A stretch of 64,000 nt of DNA, from contig JAYRGN010000002.1 of NCBI GenBank assembly GCA_041907825.1, forward strand, positions 124,924 to 188,923. The letters are read 5' to 3'. Shown here piece after piece: positions 25,302 through 35,036 of this stretch (the first letter of the stretch is position 1; every line of letters starts with the position of its first letter). The stretch is from Bacteroidales bacterium. GTDB taxonomy: Bacteria > Bacteroidota > Bacteroidia > Bacteroidales > JAYRGN01. A program made the position numbers and the translations under genes. The notes under the pieces are model-generated. The model did not search any database. It was not told the origin of the DNA and was given only the letters and a program-made list of their open reading frames with translations.

Positions 25302-25432
25302 AATTACATGTTCAATGTTTACGAGACCATTTACAAAAATAAGAAAGTTAGTCGGGGCAAACCTTATCCGATCGAAGGTGACCGTTTATTCGTTGTTGGT
25401 TTTGTGTGTTAAATATTTATAACGATAAACGG

Positions 25433-26743
25433 TTATTCGCCTTTGCTGGTCATAATCTTTAATACCATTTTATCGGTTTCATTCATGCCTTCAGAGCCGA
25501 TCTTAGTGAGATTAAGAATGGTTTTATCGACATCTTCGTCGGTAATACCTTCAACAGAAGTGACCACTTTATTGTCCATTGCCATAAGAGCCGACAAGGT
25601 AGCGGTCGAAACGCCATTCGAAACTTTAAGTGCGCAACTGGGTTTTGCTCCATCGCAAATCATTCCGGTAATATTGCCAATCATATTTTTAATGGCGTAA
25701 GCAATTTGTTCGCGTGAGCCACCCATCAGGTAAGTTATCCCGCAAGCCGACCCTGTAGCGGCAACAACAGCTCCGCATAATCCTGATAATCTTCCAAGAC
25801 TTTGTTTGATATAAATGGTCATCAGATGACTTAACGTTAATGCGCGGATAAGTTCGTCTTCAGATTTGCCGGTTTCTTCGGCAAAAACAGAGACCGGCAG
25901 AGTAGCGGCAATACCCTGGTTTCCACTGCCGGAGTTACTCATAACCGGGAACATGGCTCCGGCCATTCGCGCATCGCAGGCTGCTGCAGTTACCGAAAGC
26001 ATGCGGGTAAAAATGGTGTTTCCCATTATGTTGTGCTGACAACCATGCTGTACGGTTTGTGCAACGCAATGACCGTATTCTCCTTTCATCGATTCGAGCG
26101 CAGCGGCTTTATTCATCTCTGCTGTTTCGAGAATAAAACGCAAATCGTCGATTGGACTTTCGAGCGAAAAGTCGCATACCTTGTTAAAAGAGAGCGCAAC
26201 CTTTGTTTCGGAATTGTCATGGATACCCGGAACATCATCGAGGTGCAGGCTGATGTGTTCATTTTTCTGAAGATGCGAAAAGCGGGTATGATCCCGGCTG
26301 ATAATGACTTTGGCAACGTCTTCATCCTTGCGGGCAATAACTTCAATATACAGTTTTTCGGTAATGTCGTCTTTCAGATGAACAGACATCACTTTATCTT
26401 CAATCATCTTTTTCCCGGTTTCGAGTGCTTCGGGCGAAAGATCTTTGAGAACCTCAAGGCCATATTCGGATTTCCCGATAAGCGCGCCTAGTGCAATGGC
26501 AATTGGCAAACCAACCATTCCGGTTCCGGGAATACCGACACCCATAGCGTTTTTTAGCATGTTTGCACTTAAGAAAACTTCGATGTGTGAAGGTATTTCT
26601 TCGAGAATTTCTTTTGCTTTGGCTACGGCCAGTGCAACGGCTACCGGTTCTGTGCATCCAATTGCCGGCGTAACTTCATGTCGGATGAGGCTGATAATGT
26701 CTAAATGTTCCTGCTGTGTCAGCATTTTTATGATTTTTGCCAA
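25433..26743 (-). CDS. L-cysteine desulfidase-like / serine dehydratase alpha-like family protein (UPF0597)
   Basis: 436 aa; N-terminal EVTPAIGCTEPVAVALA and later SGSGNQGI and CDGAKPSCALK blocks typical of the UPF0597/CyuA-like family. Confidence 0.75.
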   Translation of the reverse strand: MAKIIKMLTQQEHLDIISLIRHEVTPAIGCTEPVAVALAVAKAKEILEEIPSHIEVFLSANMLKNAMGVGIPGTGMVGLPIAIALGALIGKSEYGLEVLKDLSPEALETGKKMIEDKVMSVHLKDDITEKLYIEVIARKDEDVAKVIISRDHTRFSHLQKNEHISLHLDDVPGIHDNSETKVALSFNKVCDFSLESPIDDLRFILETAEMNKAAALESMKGEYGHCVAQTVQHGCQHNIMGNTIFTRMLSVTAAACDARMAGAMFPVMSNSGSGNQGIAATLPVSVFAEETGKSEDELIRALTLSHLMTIYIKQSLGRLSGLCGAVVAATGSACGITYLMGGSREQIAYAIKNMIGNITGMICDGAKPSCALKVSNGVSTATLSALMAMDNKVVTSVEGITDEDVDKTILNLTKIGSEGMNETDKMVLKIMTSKGE

Positions 26744-26841
26744 AAATATTACTGACTTTACAGCTATTCTATGATAAAAACAACTCTTTAACGGTTATTT
26801 CCTGCGATTTTTCGCAACATAGGTGTAATTGTTGAATAAAA

Positions 26842-28554
26842 TTATCTGCTGCCCGGTACGCTTTTCAATAAATGACGGGTATAAGCCTGCTGAGGGTTTT
26901 CGAAAAGTTTATCTGCTTCGTTAAATTCCACCAATTGGCCTTTTTGCATAACCATTATGCGATCGCACATGTAGCGGATAACACCCAGATCGTGCGAAAT
27001 AAATATGTACGTCAGCCCGTATGTGGTCTTTAGCTCGTTCAGAACATTTAAAACCATTGCCTGTACCGAAACATCGAGTGCAGAAACCGACTCATCGCAA
27101 ATGACAATTTCGGGTCGTGTTGCCAGTGCTCTGGCAATAGCCACTCTTTGTCGCTGACCTCCGGATAATTCGTGCGGATAACGATTTAAAAAACCGACAG
27201 GCAGTCCAACCTGTTCGAATAGTTCTCCGGCTTTTTGCCATCGCTCTTTTCCCGATTGATAGATCTGATGGACATACATGGGTTCTACAACACATTCGCC
27301 AACAGTAAGCCTCGGATTAAGAGAGGAAAATGGATCCTGAAAGATAAACTGAATGTTTCGTCGCAGTTTTCGCAGGTTGTCAGGAGAAAGAGCGGTCATT
27401 TCCTGATTATGGTAAGTTACCGAACCCGATATGTTTTCGGTAAGTTGCATAATGGCTTTTCCGAGTGTCGATTTTCCGCAGCCCGATTCGCCGACCAGTC
27501 CCAGCGTTTCGCCCGGATAAAGCTGAAAAGAAATATTGCTTACCGCTTTAAACAATTTGATTGCCGAGAATAACGAAGACTTCTGGTTGTAGCTGACAGA
27601 CAAATCTTTTACTTCTAAAACGGGTTTTCCGGAGTATAAAGTGGTATGTCGTAGCTGGCGTTCTTCGGTGGTTTCATTATGTGTTTCAGGTGTATGCCCT
27701 TCGGTAAAATCGGATACTGTGGGCAGCGGAAATTGCCTCAATTTTCCCGACGGACGACAGGCTATTAATCCTTTTGTGTAAGGGTGCGTCGGCGCGTTAA
27801 ATACTTCATGTGCATTTCCCGATTCAACAACATCTCCACGATAAAGAACAATTAACTGGTCTGCAATACTTTGAACCAAAGCTAAATCGTGCGAAATAAA
27901 AAGAATGCTTAGTTCTCTTTCTTCCTGTATGTTGCGTAATAATTCGATAATTTCCTTTTGTACCGAAACATCAAGTGCAGTGGTAGGTTCGTCGGCTATA
28001 AGCAGTTGCGGATTGCAAGACAATGCCAGCGCAATCATTACCCTTTGTCGCTGTCCTCCGGATAGCTGGTGAGGATAGCGGCGATAGATGGTTTCGGGCG
28101 AAGGAAGTTTTACTTCATCAAAAAGTTGTAAAACACGTTCTTTTTGCTCTTTGCTGTTGCCGATACGATGTAGTTGCATCGCTTCTTCAACCTGCTTACC
28201 GCAACGTAAAAACGGATTTAACGAAGTCATGGGCTCCTGAAAAATCATGGCCACTTCTTTACCTCTGAAATGCTGGTATTCTTTCTGCGAAAGCGAAGTG
28301 AGACAGACTTTTTCTTGTCCGAACAAAATATTACCCGATGCAATGCGGGCCCCTTTAGGCAAAAGTCCCATGATGGCAAGCGAGGTAAGTGATTTGCCGG
28401 AACCCGATTCGCCAACTAGTCCGACACATGCTCCTTTTTGAATGCAAAACGAAATGTTGCGAACAACCGGTGCTTTTTCTTTTCCAAAAGCGATCGATAA
28501 ATCGTTAACGGAAAGTATCGTATTGTTTAGATTTTCAGACATTTTACCAGACAT
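26842..28554 (-). CDS. fused double-ATPase ABC transporter protein (oligopeptide/dipeptide DppD-DppF/YejF type)
   Basis: 570 aa; two Walker A motifs (GESGSGKS, GESGCGKST); two signatures (LSGGQRQRV twice); two Walker B motifs (LLIADEPT, IVICDESV). Confidence 0.9.
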   Translation of the reverse strand: MSGKMSENLNNTILSVNDLSIAFGKEKAPVVRNISFCIQKGACVGLVGESGSGKSLTSLAIMGLLPKGARIASGNILFGQEKVCLTSLSQKEYQHFRGKEVAMIFQEPMTSLNPFLRCGKQVEEAMQLHRIGNSKEQKERVLQLFDEVKLPSPETIYRRYPHQLSGGQRQRVMIALALSCNPQLLIADEPTTALDVSVQKEIIELLRNIQEERELSILFISHDLALVQSIADQLIVLYRGDVVESGNAHEVFNAPTHPYTKGLIACRPSGKLRQFPLPTVSDFTEGHTPETHNETTEERQLRHTTLYSGKPVLEVKDLSVSYNQKSSLFSAIKLFKAVSNISFQLYPGETLGLVGESGCGKSTLGKAIMQLTENISGSVTYHNQEMTALSPDNLRKLRRNIQFIFQDPFSSLNPRLTVGECVVEPMYVHQIYQSGKERWQKAGELFEQVGLPVGFLNRYPHELSGGQRQRVAIARALATRPEIVICDESVSALDVSVQAMVLNVLNELKTTYGLTYIFISHDLGVIRYMCDRIMVMQKGQLVEFNEADKLFENPQQAYTRHLLKSVPGSR

Positions 28555-29383
28555 AATGAAAAGGATCGGATGATGTGGAAGATGCCCGATCGGGGGTAAA
28601 ATAAAAATTCAGAGGTTTCGATTTTATGCTTACGATGAGGAAAACCAACGACCGGCAATCGGTTCGTGAAGGTGCAATTTTCCGTATTACTCTATATGGT
28701 GTAATGTTTTCAAACGTAATATATTCGGATGCAATATGCTCGCGGGTACTTCCGATATAATCAATCCGAACGGTAATTTCGTCGATGACAAATTCAGAGG
28801 TATTCTCAACTACTACCGAAATGTCCTGAACTCCGTTCGATTCGTTTGACATAAAACTGCTTCGGCTGGTTCGTACAAATTCCGAAATATGGTTGCGAAT
28901 ATAACGTTTGCGCGCCTCTATTCCGGTTGCGCCAAGTGTATTAGGACTTTCATTTGGTATGGAGGCAAGCGAAATGTTCCCAATCGGAGCCATAAGCGAA
29001 TCGCGTACAATTTTATCTTTCTTTTTCTTAGTTCGATGAATTTTTTCTTCGATACTGGTTTTTGTATATTGAATTTCATCAGGTTGAAGAGGCTTTAGCG
29101 GTTGTGTTGGCTGATGTCTCTTTTGCCATTCGTTATACAAATAAAAAGATGCTAAGAATATAATTATGAGTGAAATGCTTGTAATAATCAGCGTTCTGAT
29201 TTTCCGATGTCGGGTTTGCCGTTTTAGTTCGGCAGACAATTGGGCATTGTCTGTAATCGAAAGCCAGAGATTTTCTTCGGCATAGCAATACTGCATGCCT
29301 TTACGGAGCTTGGTTTTATGCAGTTGATCAAGCGTATAAGGTCCCGACTCAACTTCTTTGTATTTTAAAAAGAAAACCTTCAT
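28544..29383 (-). CDS. hypothetical single-pass membrane protein with N-terminal GYF_2-like domain
   Basis: 279 aa; N-terminus SGPYTLDQL...ENLWLSI; one TM helix (TLIITSISLIIIFLASFYLY); 11-nt overlap with the downstream ABC ATPase ORF. Confidence 0.6.
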   Translation of the reverse strand: MKVFFLKYKEVESGPYTLDQLHKTKLRKGMQYCYAEENLWLSITDNAQLSAELKRQTRHRKIRTLIITSISLIIIFLASFYLYNEWQKRHQPTQPLKPLQPDEIQYTKTSIEEKIHRTKKKKDKIVRDSLMAPIGNISLASIPNESPNTLGATGIEARKRYIRNHISEFVRTSRSSFMSNESNGVQDISVVVENTSEFVIDEITVRIDYIGSTREHIASEYITFENITPYRVIRKIAPSRTDCRSLVFLIVSIKSKPLNFYFTPDRASSTSSDPFHYVW

Positions 29384-29435
29384 GTATCTGTGTTGACCAT
29401 TGTTGCAACGGGTTTAAAGGTAATAAGAAAGAATT

Positions 29436-30788
29436 TTAGCCGAAAAGATATTTTACCAGCTGCCCGATATGACTGATGGCTAATACTTTTACGCCTTCAT
29501 TTTCGGATATTTTCGGACTGTGAGTCGAAACAACAATGGTAGAAAAACCAAGCCGCGCGGCTTCGGAAATGCGTTGGGCAACACGGTTTACCGGACGAAT
29601 TTCGCCCGAAAGACTTATTTCGGCAGCAAAACAAATGTCGGAAGAGATTGGAACATCGAAATAAGAAGAAAGTATAGCTGCCGCTATTGCCAGATCGATA
29701 GCGGGATCAACTACACGTAAGCCTCCTGCAATATTCAGAAATACATCGCGTTGTGCCAGTTTAAAACCAGCTCGTTTTTCGAGCACTGCCAGTAACATAT
29801 TCAACCGTCGCAGATCAAATCCGGTGGTTGACCGTTGTGGAGTTCCGTACGCGGCTGTACTTACCAGCGATTGTGTTTCGATCATAAACGGACGAACGCC
29901 GTCGAGCGTAGCTGCAATTGCAACACCACTTGGCGGCTGACTGGTACGGTTTATCAATACCTGTGATGGATTAGAAACTTCGTTAAGCCCATTTTCATTC
30001 ATCTCGAAGATTCCTAATTCAGAAGTAGATCCGAAACGGTTTTTCAATCCGCGCAAAATACGATAATTGTAATGCTGGTCTCCTTCAAATTGAAGTACCA
30101 CATCAACAATGTGTTCGAGAACTTTTGGCCCGGCCAGCGTTCCGTCTTTCGTGATGTGGCCAATGATTAAAACGGTAGTTTGGGTGGTTTTTGCCAGACG
30201 CAAAAGCTGAACCGTGCATTCCCGTATTTGGGTAATCGTACCGGCTGATGATTCTAACTGGTTGGTTTGTAGCGTTTGAATAGAATCGATAATAACCAGA
30301 TCTGGCGAAATTTTTTTGCAGTATTCCAGAATGTTTTGCATCTGATTATCAGCTGCAAAAAGACAAGTTTCGTTTTCTATTTTTAAACGTTCGGCTCTGA
30401 GTTTCAATTGACGCAGACTTTCTTCGCCTGTTACATAAAGCGTTTTAATAGATTTTAACCCAAGAGCAGCCTGTAAAGCCAGCGTCGATTTGCCTATCCC
30501 AGGTTCTCCGCCAACCAAAATCAGCGAGCCAGGAACCATTCCTCCACCCAGAACACGGTTTAACTCGCCAATGCAGGTGTCTATGCGTGGTTCGTCGCTT
30601 AATTCTATATCTTTAAGTAAAACAGGAGCTTGCATTTCACCCGATATTACGGATGAGACGGGCGTGTTTTTTTCTCTTATTTCTTCGGTAAACGTATTCC
30701 ATTCGCCGCATGAAGGGCATCGACCCAGCCATTTTGGCGATTCGTTTCCGCAATTGCGGCAAAAATAGACAGTTTTAGGGCGTGCCAT
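29436..30788 (-). CDS. radA: DNA repair protein RadA
   Basis: 450 aa; N-terminal zinc finger CRNCGNESPKWLGRCPSCGEWN; Walker A GGEPGIGKST; KNRFG motif; Lon-like C-terminal domain. Confidence 0.97.
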   Translation of the reverse strand: MARPKTVYFCRNCGNESPKWLGRCPSCGEWNTFTEEIREKNTPVSSVISGEMQAPVLLKDIELSDEPRIDTCIGELNRVLGGGMVPGSLILVGGEPGIGKSTLALQAALGLKSIKTLYVTGEESLRQLKLRAERLKIENETCLFAADNQMQNILEYCKKISPDLVIIDSIQTLQTNQLESSAGTITQIRECTVQLLRLAKTTQTTVLIIGHITKDGTLAGPKVLEHIVDVVLQFEGDQHYNYRILRGLKNRFGSTSELGIFEMNENGLNEVSNPSQVLINRTSQPPSGVAIAATLDGVRPFMIETQSLVSTAAYGTPQRSTTGFDLRRLNMLLAVLEKRAGFKLAQRDVFLNIAGGLRVVDPAIDLAIAAAILSSYFDVPISSDICFAAEISLSGEIRPVNRVAQRISEAARLGFSTIVVSTHSPKISENEGVKVLAISHIGQLVKYLFG

Positions 30789-30837
30789 TTTATCAGGTTT
30801 AAGCGATTTTCTTCTGAAATCGGTTTTTATAATGAAT

Positions 30838-31518
30838 TTAAAGAGTCCAGTCTATCGGTTTTTTGCCGTGGTTAGCAAGGTATTCGTTTGCTTTCGAAAA
30901 GTGCTTGCATCCAAAAAATCCGTTATAGGCGGACAGGGGAGAGGGATGTGCCGATTTCAGAATGAGATGTTTACTGCTGTCGATGAGTGATTCTTTTGCT
31001 TTGGCATAGTTTCCCCAGAGCATAAAAACAACACTATTAGACGATTGTGAAATAATGCGAATCACGGCATCTGTAAACTGTTCCCATCCTTTTTTCTGGT
31101 GACTTCCGGCCTGACCTGCCCGTACCGTAAGGGTTGCATTAAGAAGAAAAACACCTTCGGTTGCCCATTTCTCAAGATTTCCGTGAGCGGGAATTGAAAA
31201 GCCAATGTCGTTATGAAGTTCCTTGAAAATATTTACCAACGATGGAGGTTGAGCAATACCCTGAGGTACCGAAAACGATAAGCCATGAGCCTGACCAGGC
31301 CCATGATAAGGGTCCTGGCCTAAAATTACAACCTTCACATTTTCGGGAGGGGTAAGATTAAAAGCTGTAAAAATATTTTGTCCTGCCGGATATACTCTGA
31401 ACTGAGATTTTTCGTGAACCAGAAATTCTTTTAGCTGCAGGAAATATTCTGAATTAAACTCGTTGTTTAGCAGTTGCTTCCAATGATCGTTTATCTGAGG
31501 ATTTATCGGTGTTGTCAT
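30838..31518 (-). CDS. ung: uracil-DNA glycosylase (family 1)
   Basis: 226 aa; GQDPYHGPGQAHGLSFSV water-activating loop and HPSPLSA motif. Confidence 0.97.
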   Translation of the reverse strand: MTTPINPQINDHWKQLLNNEFNSEYFLQLKEFLVHEKSQFRVYPAGQNIFTAFNLTPPENVKVVILGQDPYHGPGQAHGLSFSVPQGIAQPPSLVNIFKELHNDIGFSIPAHGNLEKWATEGVFLLNATLTVRAGQAGSHQKKGWEQFTDAVIRIISQSSNSVVFMLWGNYAKAKESLIDSSKHLILKSAHPSPLSAYNGFFGCKHFSKANEYLANHGKKPIDWTL

Positions 31519-31661
31519 CGCTTTATGGTTTTTGTTGAAAAACCGAGAAAATTATCGACACAAACATAAGCATTTTAGCTTTTGGCGTGTTTATGTAAAT
31601 AAATTGCGTAAAATTATCTTATACGTACATCAAATTTAGGTGCCTGTCACAGTAGATAATG

Positions 31662-31669
31662 TATATTTG
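31662..31669 (+). promoter_or_regulatory. -7 box TAtaTTTG
   Basis: Matches TAnnTTTG, 57 nt upstream of ATG 31726, and overlaps the ORF-track GTG start. Confidence 0.45.
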
Positions 31670-31725
31670 TGTTAAAAGATTTAAAAAGAGAAATTATAAA
31701 AAATGTTCCTAAACACAAAAAACCT

Positions 31726-33285
31726 ATGAAAAAGTATAGTCTGGCTTTTATCTGGTTGTTTACAATCCTATTGTTTTCTTCGTGTGTTGATAGTCAGTTC
31801 GACCTGGATCGAGTTTCTTCGCAGGGAGAATTAACTCCTTATATAGATGTTCCGTTAGGATCAACAACAATTAGTATGAAGGATTTGCTGGAAAAAATAG
31901 ATCCTAATACGTATATAAAAACGGGGGTCGATAATATTTTATATTTTGACTATTTAGATACGCTTTATTCTTTAAAAGCAAGCCAGTTAGCTCTTTTACC
32001 AAATCAGGGGCCGCAATCCTTCTCTATTACTGTTCCCGGAATGGTGGTTCCTTCGACAGGCCTTGTTCTTAAGCAAACTTATAATTTTGTCATAAATCTG
32101 GGCAATAACGCTTCGTTTAGTACTGCATATCTTAAATCAGGTAATGCCAGCATTAATCTTACCAATGCTGGTAATATTGGTGTTACGCTTGATATTCCTG
32201 GATTAACTCATGGTACTACGCCTTTTAATAAAACGCTTGTTTCTGGTAGTAATACTGCTTCGTTAGCTGGCGATTCTTTGAAAGTTGATAATAGCAATCC
32301 TAATAGTATTGTATTGCCGATAACCTTTACGCTAACAGCTAAGGGTGGAAGTGTAATTACGCCTGGGACTGTTGCGGTTAATGTGAGTCTGAATAATCTT
32401 TCTTTTTCAATTGTAAAAGGTAACATCGGAACAAATGAAGTGCTGAATAAGAGTGGCTCTGTTTCTTTGAGTATGTTCAATAATTCATTTATTCATGATA
32501 TTACTTTTACTGATCCTCAGTTTTCTATTATTACCGAAAATAGTTATGGCGCAGGTGTACGGTTAACCTTATCAAATGTTGTATTACAAACTGAAAATGG
32601 ACCTTTTGTTGCGACTTTTAATGGCGGATCAAGTACTTATTTTGATATAAATAAGGCAACTACTTACGGAGCAGTGATAACTAATACGAATACATTTACC
32701 CGAAGTAATACCACACTTTTTGATGCGTTGACAAAAAGTCCACAATCAATGAACTATACTTTAAAGGCTTTGACGAATCCTAACGGAGGCGGTGCAAATT
32801 CAGATTTTGCATTAGATACGAGCAAGTTAAATGTGTATGCTAAAATTCATATTCCCGTTAAATTTAGCGCGTCAGCAGTAACCTTACAGCCTGATACAAT
32901 AGATTTTGATTTTGACAAGTATTATGACACAATGAAACACGCTGACAGTGCAAAATTTGTACTTGAAACCAGTAACGAATTTCCGCTGGCAACAGCCGTT
33001 ACATTGGCCGCAGTTGATGAAAACTATCAATATATCATGAAAATATACAATGGAACTGTACTGAAACCAGGAGTTCCAAATTCCTCTAATCCACAAAATT
33101 CTACGCCAACTGTATCTAAAACAGAAAGTGTAAACCTAACCAATGCCGATATTGAAAAGCTAAAGGTGTGTAAGCATTTTCTTGTTTATACTACAATAGG
33201 GACAAGCGGAACAGCAACTATTTACAGCAATTATAAATTATCGCTAAAGCTTTCTGTTCTCGCAAAAGCACGAATTAAATTTTAG
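31726..33285 (+). CDS. hypothetical Thr/Asn/Ser-rich lipoprotein
   Basis: ORF-track start 31669 (GTG) overlaps a TAtaTTTG -7 box. ATG 31726 gives the lipoprotein signal MKKYSLAFIWLFTILLFSSC. Confidence 0.7.
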   Translation: MKKYSLAFIWLFTILLFSSCVDSQFDLDRVSSQGELTPYIDVPLGSTTISMKDLLEKIDPNTYIKTGVDNILYFDYLDTLYSLKASQLALLPNQGPQSFSITVPGMVVPSTGLVLKQTYNFVINLGNNASFSTAYLKSGNASINLTNAGNIGVTLDIPGLTHGTTPFNKTLVSGSNTASLAGDSLKVDNSNPNSIVLPITFTLTAKGGSVITPGTVAVNVSLNNLSFSIVKGNIGTNEVLNKSGSVSLSMFNNSFIHDITFTDPQFSIITENSYGAGVRLTLSNVVLQTENGPFVATFNGGSSTYFDINKATTYGAVITNTNTFTRSNTTLFDALTKSPQSMNYTLKALTNPNGGGANSDFALDTSKLNVYAKIHIPVKFSASAVTLQPDTIDFDFDKYYDTMKHADSAKFVLETSNEFPLATAVTLAAVDENYQYIMKIYNGTVLKPGVPNSSNPQNSTPTVSKTESVNLTNADIEKLKVCKHFLVYTTIGTSGTATIYSNYKLSLKLSVLAKARIKF

Positions 33286-33310
33286 TCAAACCCCATGTAA
33301 AAAGTCCCTT

Positions 33311-34723
33311 ATGAAAACAAGAATTTATTATATATTCTTTTTGCTGATTTTTGCAGCTTGCACGGTAAAAGCTCAAGATGTTAATACATTGTATTTTATG
33401 CGTAATGTACCGCAGCGTACATTGCTCAATCCTGCATTTCAGCCAACCAGCACGGTGTATGTCGGTTTTCCTGCACTTTCAACTGTTCAGTTCGGAATTT
33501 CTAATAATTCGTTGACGGCCAATAAAGTATTAATCTATAATTCGTCATTGGATTCTCTTGTAACGTTTATGTATTCGGATAAAACAAAAGCCGATTTTCT
33601 TAATGCCTTGAAAGAGAATAATAAGATTGAAACCAATTTTGAACTGGGTATTCTTGATTTCGGTTTTAAAGTAAACGATTGGTATTATACGGTTAATGTT
33701 TCGGCTCATGCTAATATAAATGCCGGATTACCAAAAGATTTCTTCAGATTTGGTTTGAATATGCTTGATGGACACAGCGATTATAATTTATCTAAGATGA
33801 ATTTTCATGCTGTTTCGTATACCCAGTTTGCTTTTGGAATGTCTAAAAAAATTGACGAGAAATGGCAGTTTGGTGGTCGGTTTAAGTTGTTGTTTGGAAG
33901 CGCAACCATCAATACAACAAAACTGAATGCGCATGTAAAGTCTGATACCTCGGCAATTACATTAACAAGCGATTCCCGCATTGATATGAGTATCCCGAAC
34001 TTTACTTATACAACCGACGAGTATGGCTATATTAGTAATACCGATTTTGCGAGCGGACAAAAAAGAAAATATGTTTTTAACCCGAAAAACAGCGGTGTCG
34101 GCTTAGATCTGGGTGTTCAGTATAAACCTTTTGAAAATCTTTCTCTTTCGGCCAGTGTGATTGATTTTGGACGGATATGGTGGCGTGACAACGTTTATAA
34201 CATGACTCAAAACGGTACGTATAAGTTTACAGGGGTTAATTATAATATTAACAATGACTCTACCGATTATTTTAATGCTTACATCGATACTTTGAAAAAT
34301 AACATGAAGGTGTCCAATAAAAAAGAAAATTTCTCAACGGCTTTGCCGACAAAAGTTTTTTTAGGTGGTGAATTTTCTGTTGCAAATTGGTTTTCTTTGG
34401 GTTTACTTTCTCGTACGGTTTTTTATCCTAATTATTTATGGGAAGAAGTTACCGCATCGGCAAACATTAATGCCGGGCGAGGTTTTTCTACTTCTTTTAG
34501 TTATTCGTTTACCAATAACTCATTCAGCTCAATTGGGTTAGGATTGATGTTTAAAACGGGACCTCTTAGCTTTTACATGATTTCGGACCATATACCGCTT
34601 TATTATGGTAAGCAGTATATTCCATACAAATCAGGTGCGGCCGATTTTCGCTTTGGTATAAATTTATTATTCGGAAATCCAGCAAAGAAAATGCAGGATA
34701 AACCATTGTATTACACTAATTAA
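33311..34723 (+). CDS. hypothetical outer-membrane beta-barrel-like protein
   Basis: 470 aa; signal peptide MKTRIYYIFFLLIFAACTVKAQ; aromatic-rich alternating strands; lies 25 bp after the lipoprotein gene. Confidence 0.65.
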   Translation: MKTRIYYIFFLLIFAACTVKAQDVNTLYFMRNVPQRTLLNPAFQPTSTVYVGFPALSTVQFGISNNSLTANKVLIYNSSLDSLVTFMYSDKTKADFLNALKENNKIETNFELGILDFGFKVNDWYYTVNVSAHANINAGLPKDFFRFGLNMLDGHSDYNLSKMNFHAVSYTQFAFGMSKKIDEKWQFGGRFKLLFGSATINTTKLNAHVKSDTSAITLTSDSRIDMSIPNFTYTTDEYGYISNTDFASGQKRKYVFNPKNSGVGLDLGVQYKPFENLSLSASVIDFGRIWWRDNVYNMTQNGTYKFTGVNYNINNDSTDYFNAYIDTLKNNMKVSNKKENFSTALPTKVFLGGEFSVANWFSLGLLSRTVFYPNYLWEEVTASANINAGRGFSTSFSYSFTNNSFSSIGLGLMFKTGPLSFYMISDHIPLYYGKQYIPYKSGAADFRFGINLLFGNPAKKMQDKPLYYTN

Positions 34724-34743
34724 TAATTATTTCTAAAATATAG

Positions 34744-34785
34744 AATGCGGAATACTGTCTTAACCGGATAGTTTCCGCATTTTTC
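34744..34785 (+). terminator. intrinsic terminator after 33311..34723
   Basis: Stem aatgcggaa / ttccgcatt followed by a T-run. Confidence 0.6.
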
Positions 34786-34812
34786 ATACCTTTGGCGAAA
34801 TTTTTCTCAATC

Positions 34813-35031
34813 ATGCAGATTCTTCGCCTTCTTCTTGTCTTTTTTATTTTCTATTATCTGGTAAAATTCTTACGAAACCTGTATAATGGCGCTTTTAATG
34901 GAAAGTCAGGTCAACAGGGAACTTCTGCAAAACGAACAGGTTCTGTTACTATAGATTATATTCCACCTAAACAAAAGCGGAAAGTTTCAAAAGAAGAAGC
35001 AGAGTCAATTGATTTTGAGGAAATAAAGTAA
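34813..35031 (+). CDS. small membrane protein (one TM helix, basic tail)
   Basis: ORF track starts at TTG 34792. ATG 34813 gives MQILRLLLVFFIFYYLVKFL plus a charged C-terminus. Confidence 0.5.
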   Translation: MQILRLLLVFFIFYYLVKFLRNLYNGAFNGKSGQQGTSAKRTGSVTIDYIPPKQKRKVSKEEAESIDFEEIK

Positions 35032-35036
35032 GAAAC

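Noticed and set aside
25443-26774. Plus-strand ORFs (85, 152 and 109 aa) opposite the cysteine-desulfidase-like gene, and the plus-strand ORF 43457..43741 opposite tatA
   Set aside because: These are shadow frames with no start context or motifs. The minus-strand genes have clear family signatures.
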